NCBI GenBank assembly: GCA_963850905.1
Contig: CAWKMU010000003.1
Location: 1,184,001-1,248,000, forward strand
DNA length: 64,000 bases
From: an uncultured Gemmatimonadales bacterium
Lineage (GTDB): Bacteria > Gemmatimonadota > Gemmatimonadetes > Gemmatimonadales > Gemmatimonadaceae
Direction of reading: 5' to 3'
Shown here: positions 39,071 to 47,207 of the stretch, piece by piece
How positions within the stretch are numbered: the first letter of the stretch is position 1
Layout: the number at the start of each line of letters is the position of its first letter
Translations under genes and position numbers: made by a program
The notes under the pieces: model-generated
Databases searched by the model: none
Seen by the model: only the letters and a program-made list of their open reading frames with translations
Told to the model about the DNA's origin: nothing

Positions 39071-39985
39071 CTATGTGTCGCTACCCTCGCCCTTGCTCAC
39101 GGCACGTCGCAACGCACCTTCCAACTCGGGGTATTGAAAAGCGAACTGCGACTCGGAGAGTGTGCGGGGAAGGACGCGTTGGCTGGCGAGGAGCGCGGCG
39201 TCCGCGAGCTCGCCGAATGCCAATCGCAGGGCGAAAGCGGGGATGGTCGCGACGGTTGGACGTCGCAGCACGTGGCCGAGGGTCTTGGCGAATTCGCCGT
39301 TCGTCACCGGTGATGGCGACGTGACGTTGATCGGGCCCGATACAGCGCCGTTCTCCAAACCGTAACGAATGACGCGGATCGCGTCCTCTCGGGCGATCCA
39401 ACTCATCCACTGCGTTCCGGGACCGATCTTGCCACCAGCTCCCAGCTCGAATGGGGGCAGCATCTTCGCGAGCGCGCCGCCCGCGCGCGACAGCACGATA
39501 CCAAATCGCGCGTGCACCGTCCGAATCCCGGCGTTCCGAGCAGGTTCGGCTGCCGCCTCCCAGGCACGCCCCACGTCCGCCAGAAAGCCGGAGCCCAAGG
39601 GACTGCGCTCGTCGAGGACTTCGTCGCCCCTGTCACCATAGATGCCGACCGCAGAGGCCACGAGGAATACCTGCGGCAACGGGCGAACCTGGACGAGCGT
39701 GCGGGCCAGGAGCGCTGTGCTATCAACGCGGCTGCTCCTGATTGCACGCTTGTACTCCGTCGTCCAGCGGGTGTCTACCGGAACGCCTCCCAGGTGGACA
39801 ACGCCTTCGATCCCGTCGAGCGCCCTGGGATCGAGCAGGCCCCGTTCGGGATCCCAGCGAATGGCGCCCGGAGCGGCGCGTGCGTCTCCCCGCACCAGGG
39901 GCGTCACCTCGTGGCCTCCCGAACGGAGCGCCGGGACCAGTGCCGACCCGATCAGGCCGGCACTGCCTGTCACGGCGACGTGCAT
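39071..39985 (-). CDS. TIGR01777-family NAD-dependent epimerase/oxidoreductase (YfcH-like)
   Basis: VTGSAGLIG, ASAVGIYGD, RFGIVL, QWMSWI and SQRVLP motifs. Confidence 0.92.
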   Translation of the reverse strand: MHVAVTGSAGLIGSALVPALRSGGHEVTPLVRGDARAAPGAIRWDPERGLLDPRALDGIEGVVHLGGVPVDTRWTTEYKRAIRSSRVDSTALLARTLVQVRPLPQVFLVASAVGIYGDRGDEVLDERSPLGSGFLADVGRAWEAAAEPARNAGIRTVHARFGIVLSRAGGALAKMLPPFELGAGGKIGPGTQWMSWIAREDAIRVIRYGLENGAVSGPINVTSPSPVTNGEFAKTLGHVLRRPTVATIPAFALRLAFGELADAALLASQRVLPRTLSESQFAFQYPELEGALRRAVSKGEGSDT

Positions 39986-39997
39986 CGCCGCCGAGCC

Positions 39998-40508
39998 TTA
40001 TGGTGTGTTGCCGTTCCCTGAGCCCTGATCCCTGACACCTGATCCCGCTGTTTGGGGATTCGAGTCCCGCAACCGCAGCGCCTCCCGCTTGATTCGCGTC
40101 AGCATCGCATTCAGCCCGACCTCGCGTGCTCCGAGACCAATGCTGTCCATCATCTGACGTGCGAAATCGGCGGGGATTGCGAGGGCGGTCGCAGCAGGCT
40201 GGTCATTCACGGCTGACAACACAATCGCGAGGAACGCGGCGACCGTCGGGGAGCGCCGGACGTCGACGTCAGCGTAGAAGTGCAGCGTGCCATCGTGCAC
40301 GCATCTCGGGGAAGAGATCCACCCGCGTCTGGCACTCGGGGACGGTATACGCGCTGCGGTCCAGGTCGCGAAACCGCTCCGGCAGCGGCTCCAACTTTCG
40401 CGAGTACTGCAACAGGGCCTGCATCTTGTCCTCGCGGGACAGCGCCCGAAAGTACTTGAGCACGCGCTCGACCGAGGGTGGCACCGCGCTCGGTGACTCG
40501 TTCGGCAT
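39998..40508 (-). CDS. sufE: SufE-family Fe-S cluster sulfur acceptor; apparent +1 frameshift near 40300
   Basis: REDKMQALLQYSRKLEPLP…VPECQTRV, continuing in the shifted frame as DGTLHFYADV…SPTVAAF…REVGLNAMLTRIK. Confidence 0.8.
40016..40046. repeat. Heptamer tandem repeat (CCCTGAN) inside the sufE 3' end
   Basis: ccctgag ccctgat ccctgac acctgat ccc. Confidence 0.65.
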
Positions 40509-40520
40509 GAGAAAAAGCTA

Positions 40521-41786
40521 ATGCGCATCACGATCATCACAGTGGGCTCGCGTGGGGACGCGCAGCCGTATACGGCGCTCGCGGCTGGCCTGGCGCGACG
40601 CGGGCACGAGGTAACGCTGGCGACGCACGCGATTTTCCGCCCACTCGTGCAAGCCGCTGGCGTCGCCTTCGCTCCCATCGCCGGTGATCCCGCCGCAATC
40701 GTCGCGGCGGCGGATCGTTGGCTCGTGACGGGACGCGCCCGAGACGCCCTCCCGGGCATTCGCTATTTCATTCACGCCCACGGCCCGCTGCTCGATGCGA
40801 TGCTGGCTGACTACTGGCGAGTGGCGCAGGGGACCAATGTGCTCGTCTATTCGAATGTGGCATTCGCAGCCTGGAGTGTGGCCGAGCGACTGGGGGTGCC
40901 GGGGATCGCGGCCGGGCTGCAGCCGCTGCACCGCACGCGTGCGTTCCCATTCATCGGTGTGCCAAGTCGCTTGGCACTCGGACCGGCGCTCAATGAGGCG
41001 ACGTACGCGCTGGCGGGGCGCCTCGTGTGGGAGTCGCAGCGACGACGCGTGACGGCGTGGCGCACACGCGTGCTCGGTCTGTCACCAGCGCGGTGGCGAG
41101 GTCCCTTTGGCAAGCCGGAGGCCGATGGTGCGGGGCCGCCGGCGATCTACGGATACAGCCCGCTAGTCGTCGACCGGCCCGCCGACTGGTCCTCCAGCGT
41201 CCACGTCACGGGCTACTGGACACTGCCGCTCGAGCGCGATTGGCGACCGCCGCCGGCACTGGAGCGCTTTCTCGATGCCGGGCCGCGCCCAGTCTACATC
41301 GGTTTCGGGAGCATGACGCCTCACAGGGCGGAACGGCTGACGGCCATTGCGGTTGAAGCGCTCGCCCTTGCCGAGCAGCGAGGGGTCCTGTTGAGCGGGT
41401 GGGGGGAGCTGGGGTCAGGTACTCTGCCTGACACGGCGTTCGCCGTGCGCGACGTGCCGCACGAATGGCTCTTCCCGCGCATGGGAGCGATCGTGCACCA
41501 CGGAGGGGCTGGCACAACGGGCGCGGCGCTACGAGCGGGCGTGCCGTCTGTGGTCTCGCCCCTGGGATTCGACCAACCATACTGGGGCGCGCGCGTTGCC
41601 GCGCTCGGCGTCGGGCCCGAGCCGGTCCCTCGACGAAGGCTTACGGCCCTGGGTCTTGCGCAGGCGATCGATCGCGCGGTGCGCGGTGGCGAGATGCGGT
41701 CGCGTGCGGCCGCGCTGGGCGAGCGTCTGCGCGCGGAACGCGGGATCGACGCCGCTGCGCAGATCATCGAAGGGTCTCTAGTTTAG
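40521..41786 (+). CDS. GT1/GT28-type glycosyltransferase (sterol 3-beta-glucosyltransferase-like)
   Basis: GSRGDAQP, VYIGFGSM, VPHEWLF, HHGGAGTT and DQPYWG motifs. Confidence 0.92.
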   Translation: MRITIITVGSRGDAQPYTALAAGLARRGHEVTLATHAIFRPLVQAAGVAFAPIAGDPAAIVAAADRWLVTGRARDALPGIRYFIHAHGPLLDAMLADYWRVAQGTNVLVYSNVAFAAWSVAERLGVPGIAAGLQPLHRTRAFPFIGVPSRLALGPALNEATYALAGRLVWESQRRRVTAWRTRVLGLSPARWRGPFGKPEADGAGPPAIYGYSPLVVDRPADWSSSVHVTGYWTLPLERDWRPPPALERFLDAGPRPVYIGFGSMTPHRAERLTAIAVEALALAEQRGVLLSGWGELGSGTLPDTAFAVRDVPHEWLFPRMGAIVHHGGAGTTGAALRAGVPSVVSPLGFDQPYWGARVAALGVGPEPVPRRRLTALGLAQAIDRAVRGGEMRSRAAALGERLRAERGIDAAAQIIEGSLV

Positions 41787-42985
41787 CGAAAGGTGCCGTC
41801 GTCGTACGCGGCGGCGAATTCCCGCCAATAGCCATAGGTGACGTCGGCGTAGTGGCAGGAGTAATCGATGAGCGGCCGGACCCAGGCCGTGCTATGGCCG
41901 AAGGCCACCCATTCGTCTGCCCCGGCCGACCCGTCACGGCAGGCACTTCGGAGCTGTGCCCAGGCGACGACTTCGCCCATCACGCGGAGCGCATCGGCGA
42001 GGCGGCGCGGCTTGCTGCGCGCGTTTTCGAGCGCCAGCCGATCTTCGACCGGTTGCAGCTCCCGCAAGATGTACGACGTGTGACCCATCCGCACCGAGTT
42101 GAGCAGGGCTGGCGAGACAGCTTGCACTCGACGCTGGATCGTGACGACACGATCGGCCTGGGAGCCCCAACGGGGTTGCCGCGTATCCACGTTCGCCGCG
42201 AGCGCCGACGGCGCGGCTTCCTTGAGGTCGAGCAGCGCGTGACCCATGCGGCCGCCATGGCCCTCGACCAGCACGGCAAAGCGTCGCAGGCCGAGACTCC
42301 CGGTACCGGCGATGCGACGAGCCACGTCGAGCACTCGGAAGAAGTGCGGCAGCTCTCGACATACCCGCGCGTTCGCAAGCGCGCGAGCGACTGCCTCCTT
42401 GCCATCACGCGAGAGCGGCAGGGCGTGTATCCCATCGATCTTGAGGCGTCGCCTGCCGCGGGAGACGGTGGTACGCGAATCGATCAGCTCGGCCTGCGTC
42501 CGACGCTTCACTCGCTGGAGCAGACGCTTGACGAGCCCGCGCGCTGTCGAGCGCTCGACCCAGAGCGCCTTGCCGGCCATCAGCGCGTGGCTGTATGCCA
42601 GGCGACCCTGATGTACGAGCGAACGCGCCTCCGCTGCGGGCAGCCCTATCGTGCGGGCCGCCAGCAACGTGCTCACGGCGAAGCGCGCGAGGTCACAACC
42701 TGCCGGCGCCAAGGCAGCTTCGTCGAAGTCGTTGATGTCGAAGTACGCGAGTCGGTTCTCGCCTTTGTAGCTGCCGAAGTTCTCGAGGTGGAGGTCGCCG
42801 CACGCCCAGGTCAATGGCGTCCGATCCAGGCTGGAGCGAGGTGGCCAATCTGCGTAGAACAGGTGGGCGGTGCCGCGGAAGAAGCCGAAGGCATCCTGTC
42901 GCATCCGCGCGTACTTGATCGCGAGTCGGTCCGGCTCGCGATCGGCATTGAACTGGCGCAGGCGCGCGATAAGTGAGGATGCCAT
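41783..42985 (-). CDS. DUF2252-family protein
   Basis: FFRGTAHLF, CGDLHLENFG, FDINDFDE and GTGSLG motifs. Confidence 0.9.
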   Translation of the reverse strand: MASSLIARLRQFNADREPDRLAIKYARMRQDAFGFFRGTAHLFYADWPPRSSLDRTPLTWACGDLHLENFGSYKGENRLAYFDINDFDEAALAPAGCDLARFAVSTLLAARTIGLPAAEARSLVHQGRLAYSHALMAGKALWVERSTARGLVKRLLQRVKRRTQAELIDSRTTVSRGRRRLKIDGIHALPLSRDGKEAVARALANARVCRELPHFFRVLDVARRIAGTGSLGLRRFAVLVEGHGGRMGHALLDLKEAAPSALAANVDTRQPRWGSQADRVVTIQRRVQAVSPALLNSVRMGHTSYILRELQPVEDRLALENARSKPRRLADALRVMGEVVAWAQLRSACRDGSAGADEWVAFGHSTAWVRPLIDYSCHYADVTYGYWREFAAAYDDGTFR

Positions 42986-43095
42986 GGCGCTACTACACGG
43001 ACGAACGGCTATGCCAGCCGGTCAGCGGCCCATCGATCACGCACCGTTGCGCCATTGCGGACCAAAAGACGATCGGACGCGATCTGGGGCCCGCG

Positions 43096-44193
43096 CTACA
43101 GCGCTCGCTCTGGGCGACTCGCGCCGTCGTCGCGTCCCGCGCTCATCACGACGGTGACGGCGCCCGAACGTGCGAGCGAGACGCCGAGGGCGTCCAGGCG
43201 CGTGAGCATCCCCAGGGTGATCGCCTGCTGGGCATCCATGAATGCCCCGTAGCTCGGTGACAAGACGGTAAATACCGTCTCCACGCCGATCCCTCCGCCT
43301 GTAGGGACCGTGATGTGTGAGCGCTCAAACCGGACTCGGGGCGCCGCCTCCACGGCCTCGCGGAATATCAATGGCACACGGGCAATCGCCGCGGGCGGTG
43401 CCGCTTGGTCGAGCGTGATGGTGAGGGTCGACGTTCGCTCTCGTAATCGCCGAAAGTTGCGAATGCGGCTCTTGAGCAAATCGGCGTTGGAGAACACGAT
43501 CTGCTCGCCCGTGGTGGACCGGACGCGGGTGGACTTGAGGCCAATGTGCTCGACCGTGCCGCTCAGGTTGTCGACGGTAATCGAATCGCCATCGACGAAG
43601 GGCTTATCGACGACGATCGACAATGCCGCAAAGAGATCGCCGAGGATGTTCTGCACCGCGAGGGCGAGCGCGATGCCGGTGACTCCCAGTCCGGTGATGA
43701 GCGTGGTCACGCGGACGCCGAGACTGTCCAGCCCCACAAGCAGCAGCAGGATCCACAGCACGGCCCGCATGAAGATCCCGAGCGCCGCGACCGTCGTGCG
43801 ACTCGCCGCGATGCCGCCCTCGCCATCGGCCAGCGCGGACTGCCGTGTCACGTAGCGGGTCAAGAGGACCTTGACCAGGCCGTCGCACCACAGCCCGAGC
43901 TGGAACAGCAAGGCGATGATCGTGAAGGCCCGCACAGTCGCATCGACGCGCGGTGGCAGCGTCAAATAGAGCGACCCCGCCGCGAGGCCGAGAGCGAGCA
44001 GGAACACCGCGTTCGTGCGGCGGACGAAATCGGCCGCGACATGATCCGCGCTGCCCACGCCGTGCGAGACGTGGCGCAAGCGACGCGCCGTGAGATTCCG
44101 CGCGATCGTCAGTGTGAGCGTCACGGCGACGAAAATCGCCACGGCGCTCAGCCACTCGCGGAGCGTATTATGGTAGTATTGCCAATCGAGCAT
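43096..44193 (-). CDS. MscS-family mechanosensitive channel
   Basis: GLGVTGIALALAVQNILGD, KPFVDGD, GTVEHIGLKSTR and SNADLL motifs. Confidence 0.92.
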   Translation of the reverse strand: MLDWQYYHNTLREWLSAVAIFVAVTLTLTIARNLTARRLRHVSHGVGSADHVAADFVRRTNAVFLLALGLAAGSLYLTLPPRVDATVRAFTIIALLFQLGLWCDGLVKVLLTRYVTRQSALADGEGGIAASRTTVAALGIFMRAVLWILLLLVGLDSLGVRVTTLITGLGVTGIALALAVQNILGDLFAALSIVVDKPFVDGDSITVDNLSGTVEHIGLKSTRVRSTTGEQIVFSNADLLKSRIRNFRRLRERTSTLTITLDQAAPPAAIARVPLIFREAVEAAPRVRFERSHITVPTGGGIGVETVFTVLSPSYGAFMDAQQAITLGMLTRLDALGVSLARSGAVTVVMSAGRDDGASRPERAL

Positions 44194-44200
44194 GGAACTA

Positions 44201-44313
44201 CAGGGACCAGGGACTAGGGATCAGGGGTCAGCGAACTAACCTAGCACGCGGTGGCGGCGCGGCCACCGGCTCTACGGTTTGTCCCCGACCCCTAACCCCT
44301 GACCCCTGATCCC
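44201..44313. repeat. Two inverted heptamer tandem arrays between recQ and the mscS-family gene
   Basis: cagggac cagggac tagggat caggggt (44201-44231) and ccccgac ccctaac ccctgac ccctgat (44283-44313). Confidence 0.7.
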
Positions 44314-44317
44314 GCAG

Positions 44318-45871
44318 TCAATGTCCCCGCGCTTCCAGCCCTCGCGAGCGCTTGCGATCGTGCGCGATGCGCTCGCGGGCCCGCGTGTCGGGCCGCTGGC
44401 GGATCTCCCACTCGCGGTGTGCGTCGCACGCGTCGCAGTTGCCACACCACCAGTCGGCATCGGCGGGCTCGCCGAAGTACTCGAGGATCACTCGCGTGCG
44501 GCACTGCGTTGTCTGACAGAAGTTGATCACGGCGCGCAGCTTGTCCTGATCGCGGGCACGCCGCTCCTCGTAATCGATCAGATCATCGCGGAGATCGACC
44601 TGCGTGAGGTTCCCGGTCAGCCGTTCCCAACTCCCGCCGCGGTGTTCGCGGACGAGTCCGTGCCGTTTGAGCAGGGCAAACACGATGCGCGCCTTGCGCC
44701 GCGGTACAGCCGACTGATCGGCGATGTCGTCGATCGGGACTGGCGTGTTCGGAGGGTGTCGCTCGAGCGCGAGCGCCACCCGGGCGGCTTCCTCCACTTC
44801 GGGATACTTCCCACCGAGGAAGTACGATTGAATGCGTCGATCCTCGACCCGATACAGCATTGTGCAGACCGCCGGCTCGCCGTCCCGGCCGGCCCGGCCC
44901 GCCTCCTGATAGTACGCTTCCAGCGACCCCGGGAAGTGATAGTGAACGACGAATCGGATGTCCTTCTTGTCTATGCCAAGACCGAACGCGTTGGTCGCGA
45001 TCATGACCTTGACTTCGTCGGCCATGAAACGCTCCTGGGCCATCTTGCGATCGACGGCGGCCATCTTGCCGTGATACATCCCGACGGACTCATCGCGACT
45101 GCGCAGACGCTGATGGATCCGTTCGGCCTCCTTGACGGTCGCGACGTAGATTACGCCGGAGCCGGCATTCGTGCGCAGAAGGGTGTCGAGGGTCGTGTCC
45201 TTCTCGCCGACGTTGACGGTGCGACGAATCTCGAACCGAAGGTTGGGTCGCGCGAATCCGGTCACGATCACGAACGGATTGCGCATGCCCAGCTGCCGGG
45301 CGATGTCTTGGCGCACCTCGCTGGTCGCGGTCGCCGTCAGCGCGACGACGGGTGGGCGGCCGAGCCGAGCGGCGACCGACCCGAGTGTGAGGTAGTCGGG
45401 GCGGAAGTCATGGCCCCAGTGACTCACGCAATGAGCCTCATCGACGACGAACAGATTAACGTGGCGGGTGAGCAGCTGTTCGAAGAAGTCGCGATCCTTG
45501 AAACGTTCCGGCGTGACGTACAGGATGTCACCCTGCCCCGATCCGATCTGGTGGTGGGCAGCCCGCGTCTCCGGGTTGGTGAGGTGCGAGTGCATGGCGA
45601 CCGCGTCGACGCCCTGCGCCATCAACTTGTCGTGCTGATCTTTCATGAGCGCGATCAGCGGCGTGACGACCACCGTCAAACCGGGCAGAAGGAGGGCTCC
45701 CAGCTGGTAGATGATCGACTTGCCGCTGCCGGTCGGCATGACGACAACGACGTCGCGATCCTGCAGCACAGCTTGGAGCGACTCCCATTGCCCGCGATTG
45801 AAGTGGGTATGTCCGAATCGCTGCACGAGGAGCGCACGGGCACGGTCACGAGTGATCGTGTTCCGGGGCAT
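44318..45871 (-). CDS. recQ: RecQ-family ATP-dependent DNA helicase (no HRDC domain)
   Basis: [44 protein letters not shown] and CR…CGNCD motifs. Confidence 0.92.
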   Translation of the reverse strand: MPRNTITRDRARALLVQRFGHTHFNRGQWESLQAVLQDRDVVVVMPTGSGKSIIYQLGALLLPGLTVVVTPLIALMKDQHDKLMAQGVDAVAMHSHLTNPETRAAHHQIGSGQGDILYVTPERFKDRDFFEQLLTRHVNLFVVDEAHCVSHWGHDFRPDYLTLGSVAARLGRPPVVALTATATSEVRQDIARQLGMRNPFVIVTGFARPNLRFEIRRTVNVGEKDTTLDTLLRTNAGSGVIYVATVKEAERIHQRLRSRDESVGMYHGKMAAVDRKMAQERFMADEVKVMIATNAFGLGIDKKDIRFVVHYHFPGSLEAYYQEAGRAGRDGEPAVCTMLYRVEDRRIQSYFLGGKYPEVEEAARVALALERHPPNTPVPIDDIADQSAVPRRKARIVFALLKRHGLVREHRGGSWERLTGNLTQVDLRDDLIDYEERRARDQDKLRAVINFCQTTQCRTRVILEYFGEPADADWWCGNCDACDAHREWEIRQRPDTRARERIAHDRKRSRGLEARGH

Positions 45872-46016
45872 GCTTGCCGGTTTGGCAGGAATCGGGCCGC
45901 GAACGAGCGGCGGATGCACGCGGGGCATGAGGCCTTCGGATACATCGACGCGCGGAACATCGTGAACTCGCTCCGATCACACGCACGGGTGACGCGGCTG
46001 TCGCCCCGAGTCTGCG

Positions 46017-47195
46017 GTGTCTGCTGACTTGCTGTCCGCGCTGGCCGTGACGGCGCCCGGCCTCGCACCATACGCATCGCGGGAGTTGCTCGCACTGGGC
46101 ATCGCGCCGCACCGCACAGGCGTGGAGGGCGCCAGTTTCGAGACATCGGCCGCCGGTCTCTACACCGCGAACCTATGGTTGCGGACGGCGAGTCGGGTGC
46201 TGGTTCGGATTGCGTCCTTCGAAGCCGACTCGTTTCACGAGCTCGAGCGCCGCGCGCGCGGGGTCGGATGGACGAGGTTTGTGTCGCCTGCGGTCCCGGT
46301 GCGCCTGCGCGTGACCTGTCGGAAGTCGCGGCTGTACCATTCCGATGCCGTAGCCGAAAGGGTCGCCGGGGCCATCGTTCGCGTCGGCGGGGTCATCGCT
46401 CCGGCCCGTTCGGCGGCGGCCGATACGGACGGCGCGCACGACGGGCTCAGCAATGACCCCGCCGAACAGCTCGTCGTGGTGCGGCTGTACCGGGATCGGT
46501 GCACGATCAGCCTCGACAGCTCTGGGGGGATGCTGCACCGCCGGGGGTACCGCCTGGAGACGGCGAAGGCGCCGTTACGGGAAACCCTCGCCGCCGCCGT
46601 CCTGATGGCTGTCGGGTGGTCCGGCCATCACCTTCTTCTCGATCCGTTCTGCGGGGCGGGAACGCTCGTCATCGAGGCGGCGCTGCTGGCCCGGCGCCGG
46701 GCCCCAGGCTTGGGACGCACGTTTGCGTTCATGCGGTGGCCTCAATTCGATGGTGGCGTGTGGGACGCACTGGTCGATTCGGCCCGGTCCGGGGAGATCC
46801 CGGCACCGCCGATCCCGATCCAAGCGTCAGACCGCGACGCCGGCGCCGTTGCTGCGACGAGAGGGAACGCGGAACGCGCCGGTGTCGCCGGTGACATCGA
46901 ACTCTCTCAGCGCGCGCTCGCAGAGATCGAACCGGCCGGTGGAGCGGGCTGGCTCGTCACAAACCCGCCGTATGGCGTACGGGCGTCTCCGCACGATCGT
47001 CTGCGCGATCTCTATGTGCAGATCGGGGAGGTTGCTCGCGCCAGGTGCGCGGGATGGACTGTCGGCATGTTATCGGCCGATCGTGCACTCGCGAGACTCA
47101 CCAGGCTTCCGTTCGTCGTCAAGCTACGGACGTCGAACGGCGGGATTCCGGTCGAGGTACTGGCAGCAGGCGTCCCGGTCGTCAGCCGTCATTAA
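46017..47195 (+). CDS. THUMP-domain class I SAM-dependent RNA methyltransferase (RlmL-like)
   Basis: NLWLRTASRVL, LHRRGYR, APLRETLAAA, DPFCGAGT and NPPYG motifs. Confidence 0.88.
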   Translation: MSADLLSALAVTAPGLAPYASRELLALGIAPHRTGVEGASFETSAAGLYTANLWLRTASRVLVRIASFEADSFHELERRARGVGWTRFVSPAVPVRLRVTCRKSRLYHSDAVAERVAGAIVRVGGVIAPARSAAADTDGAHDGLSNDPAEQLVVVRLYRDRCTISLDSSGGMLHRRGYRLETAKAPLRETLAAAVLMAVGWSGHHLLLDPFCGAGTLVIEAALLARRRAPGLGRTFAFMRWPQFDGGVWDALVDSARSGEIPAPPIPIQASDRDAGAVAATRGNAERAGVAGDIELSQRALAEIEPAGGAGWLVTNPPYGVRASPHDRLRDLYVQIGEVARARCAGWTVGMLSADRALARLTRLPFVVKLRTSNGGIPVEVLAAGVPVVSRH

Positions 47196-47207
47196 ATTGC
47201 CCTTCAT

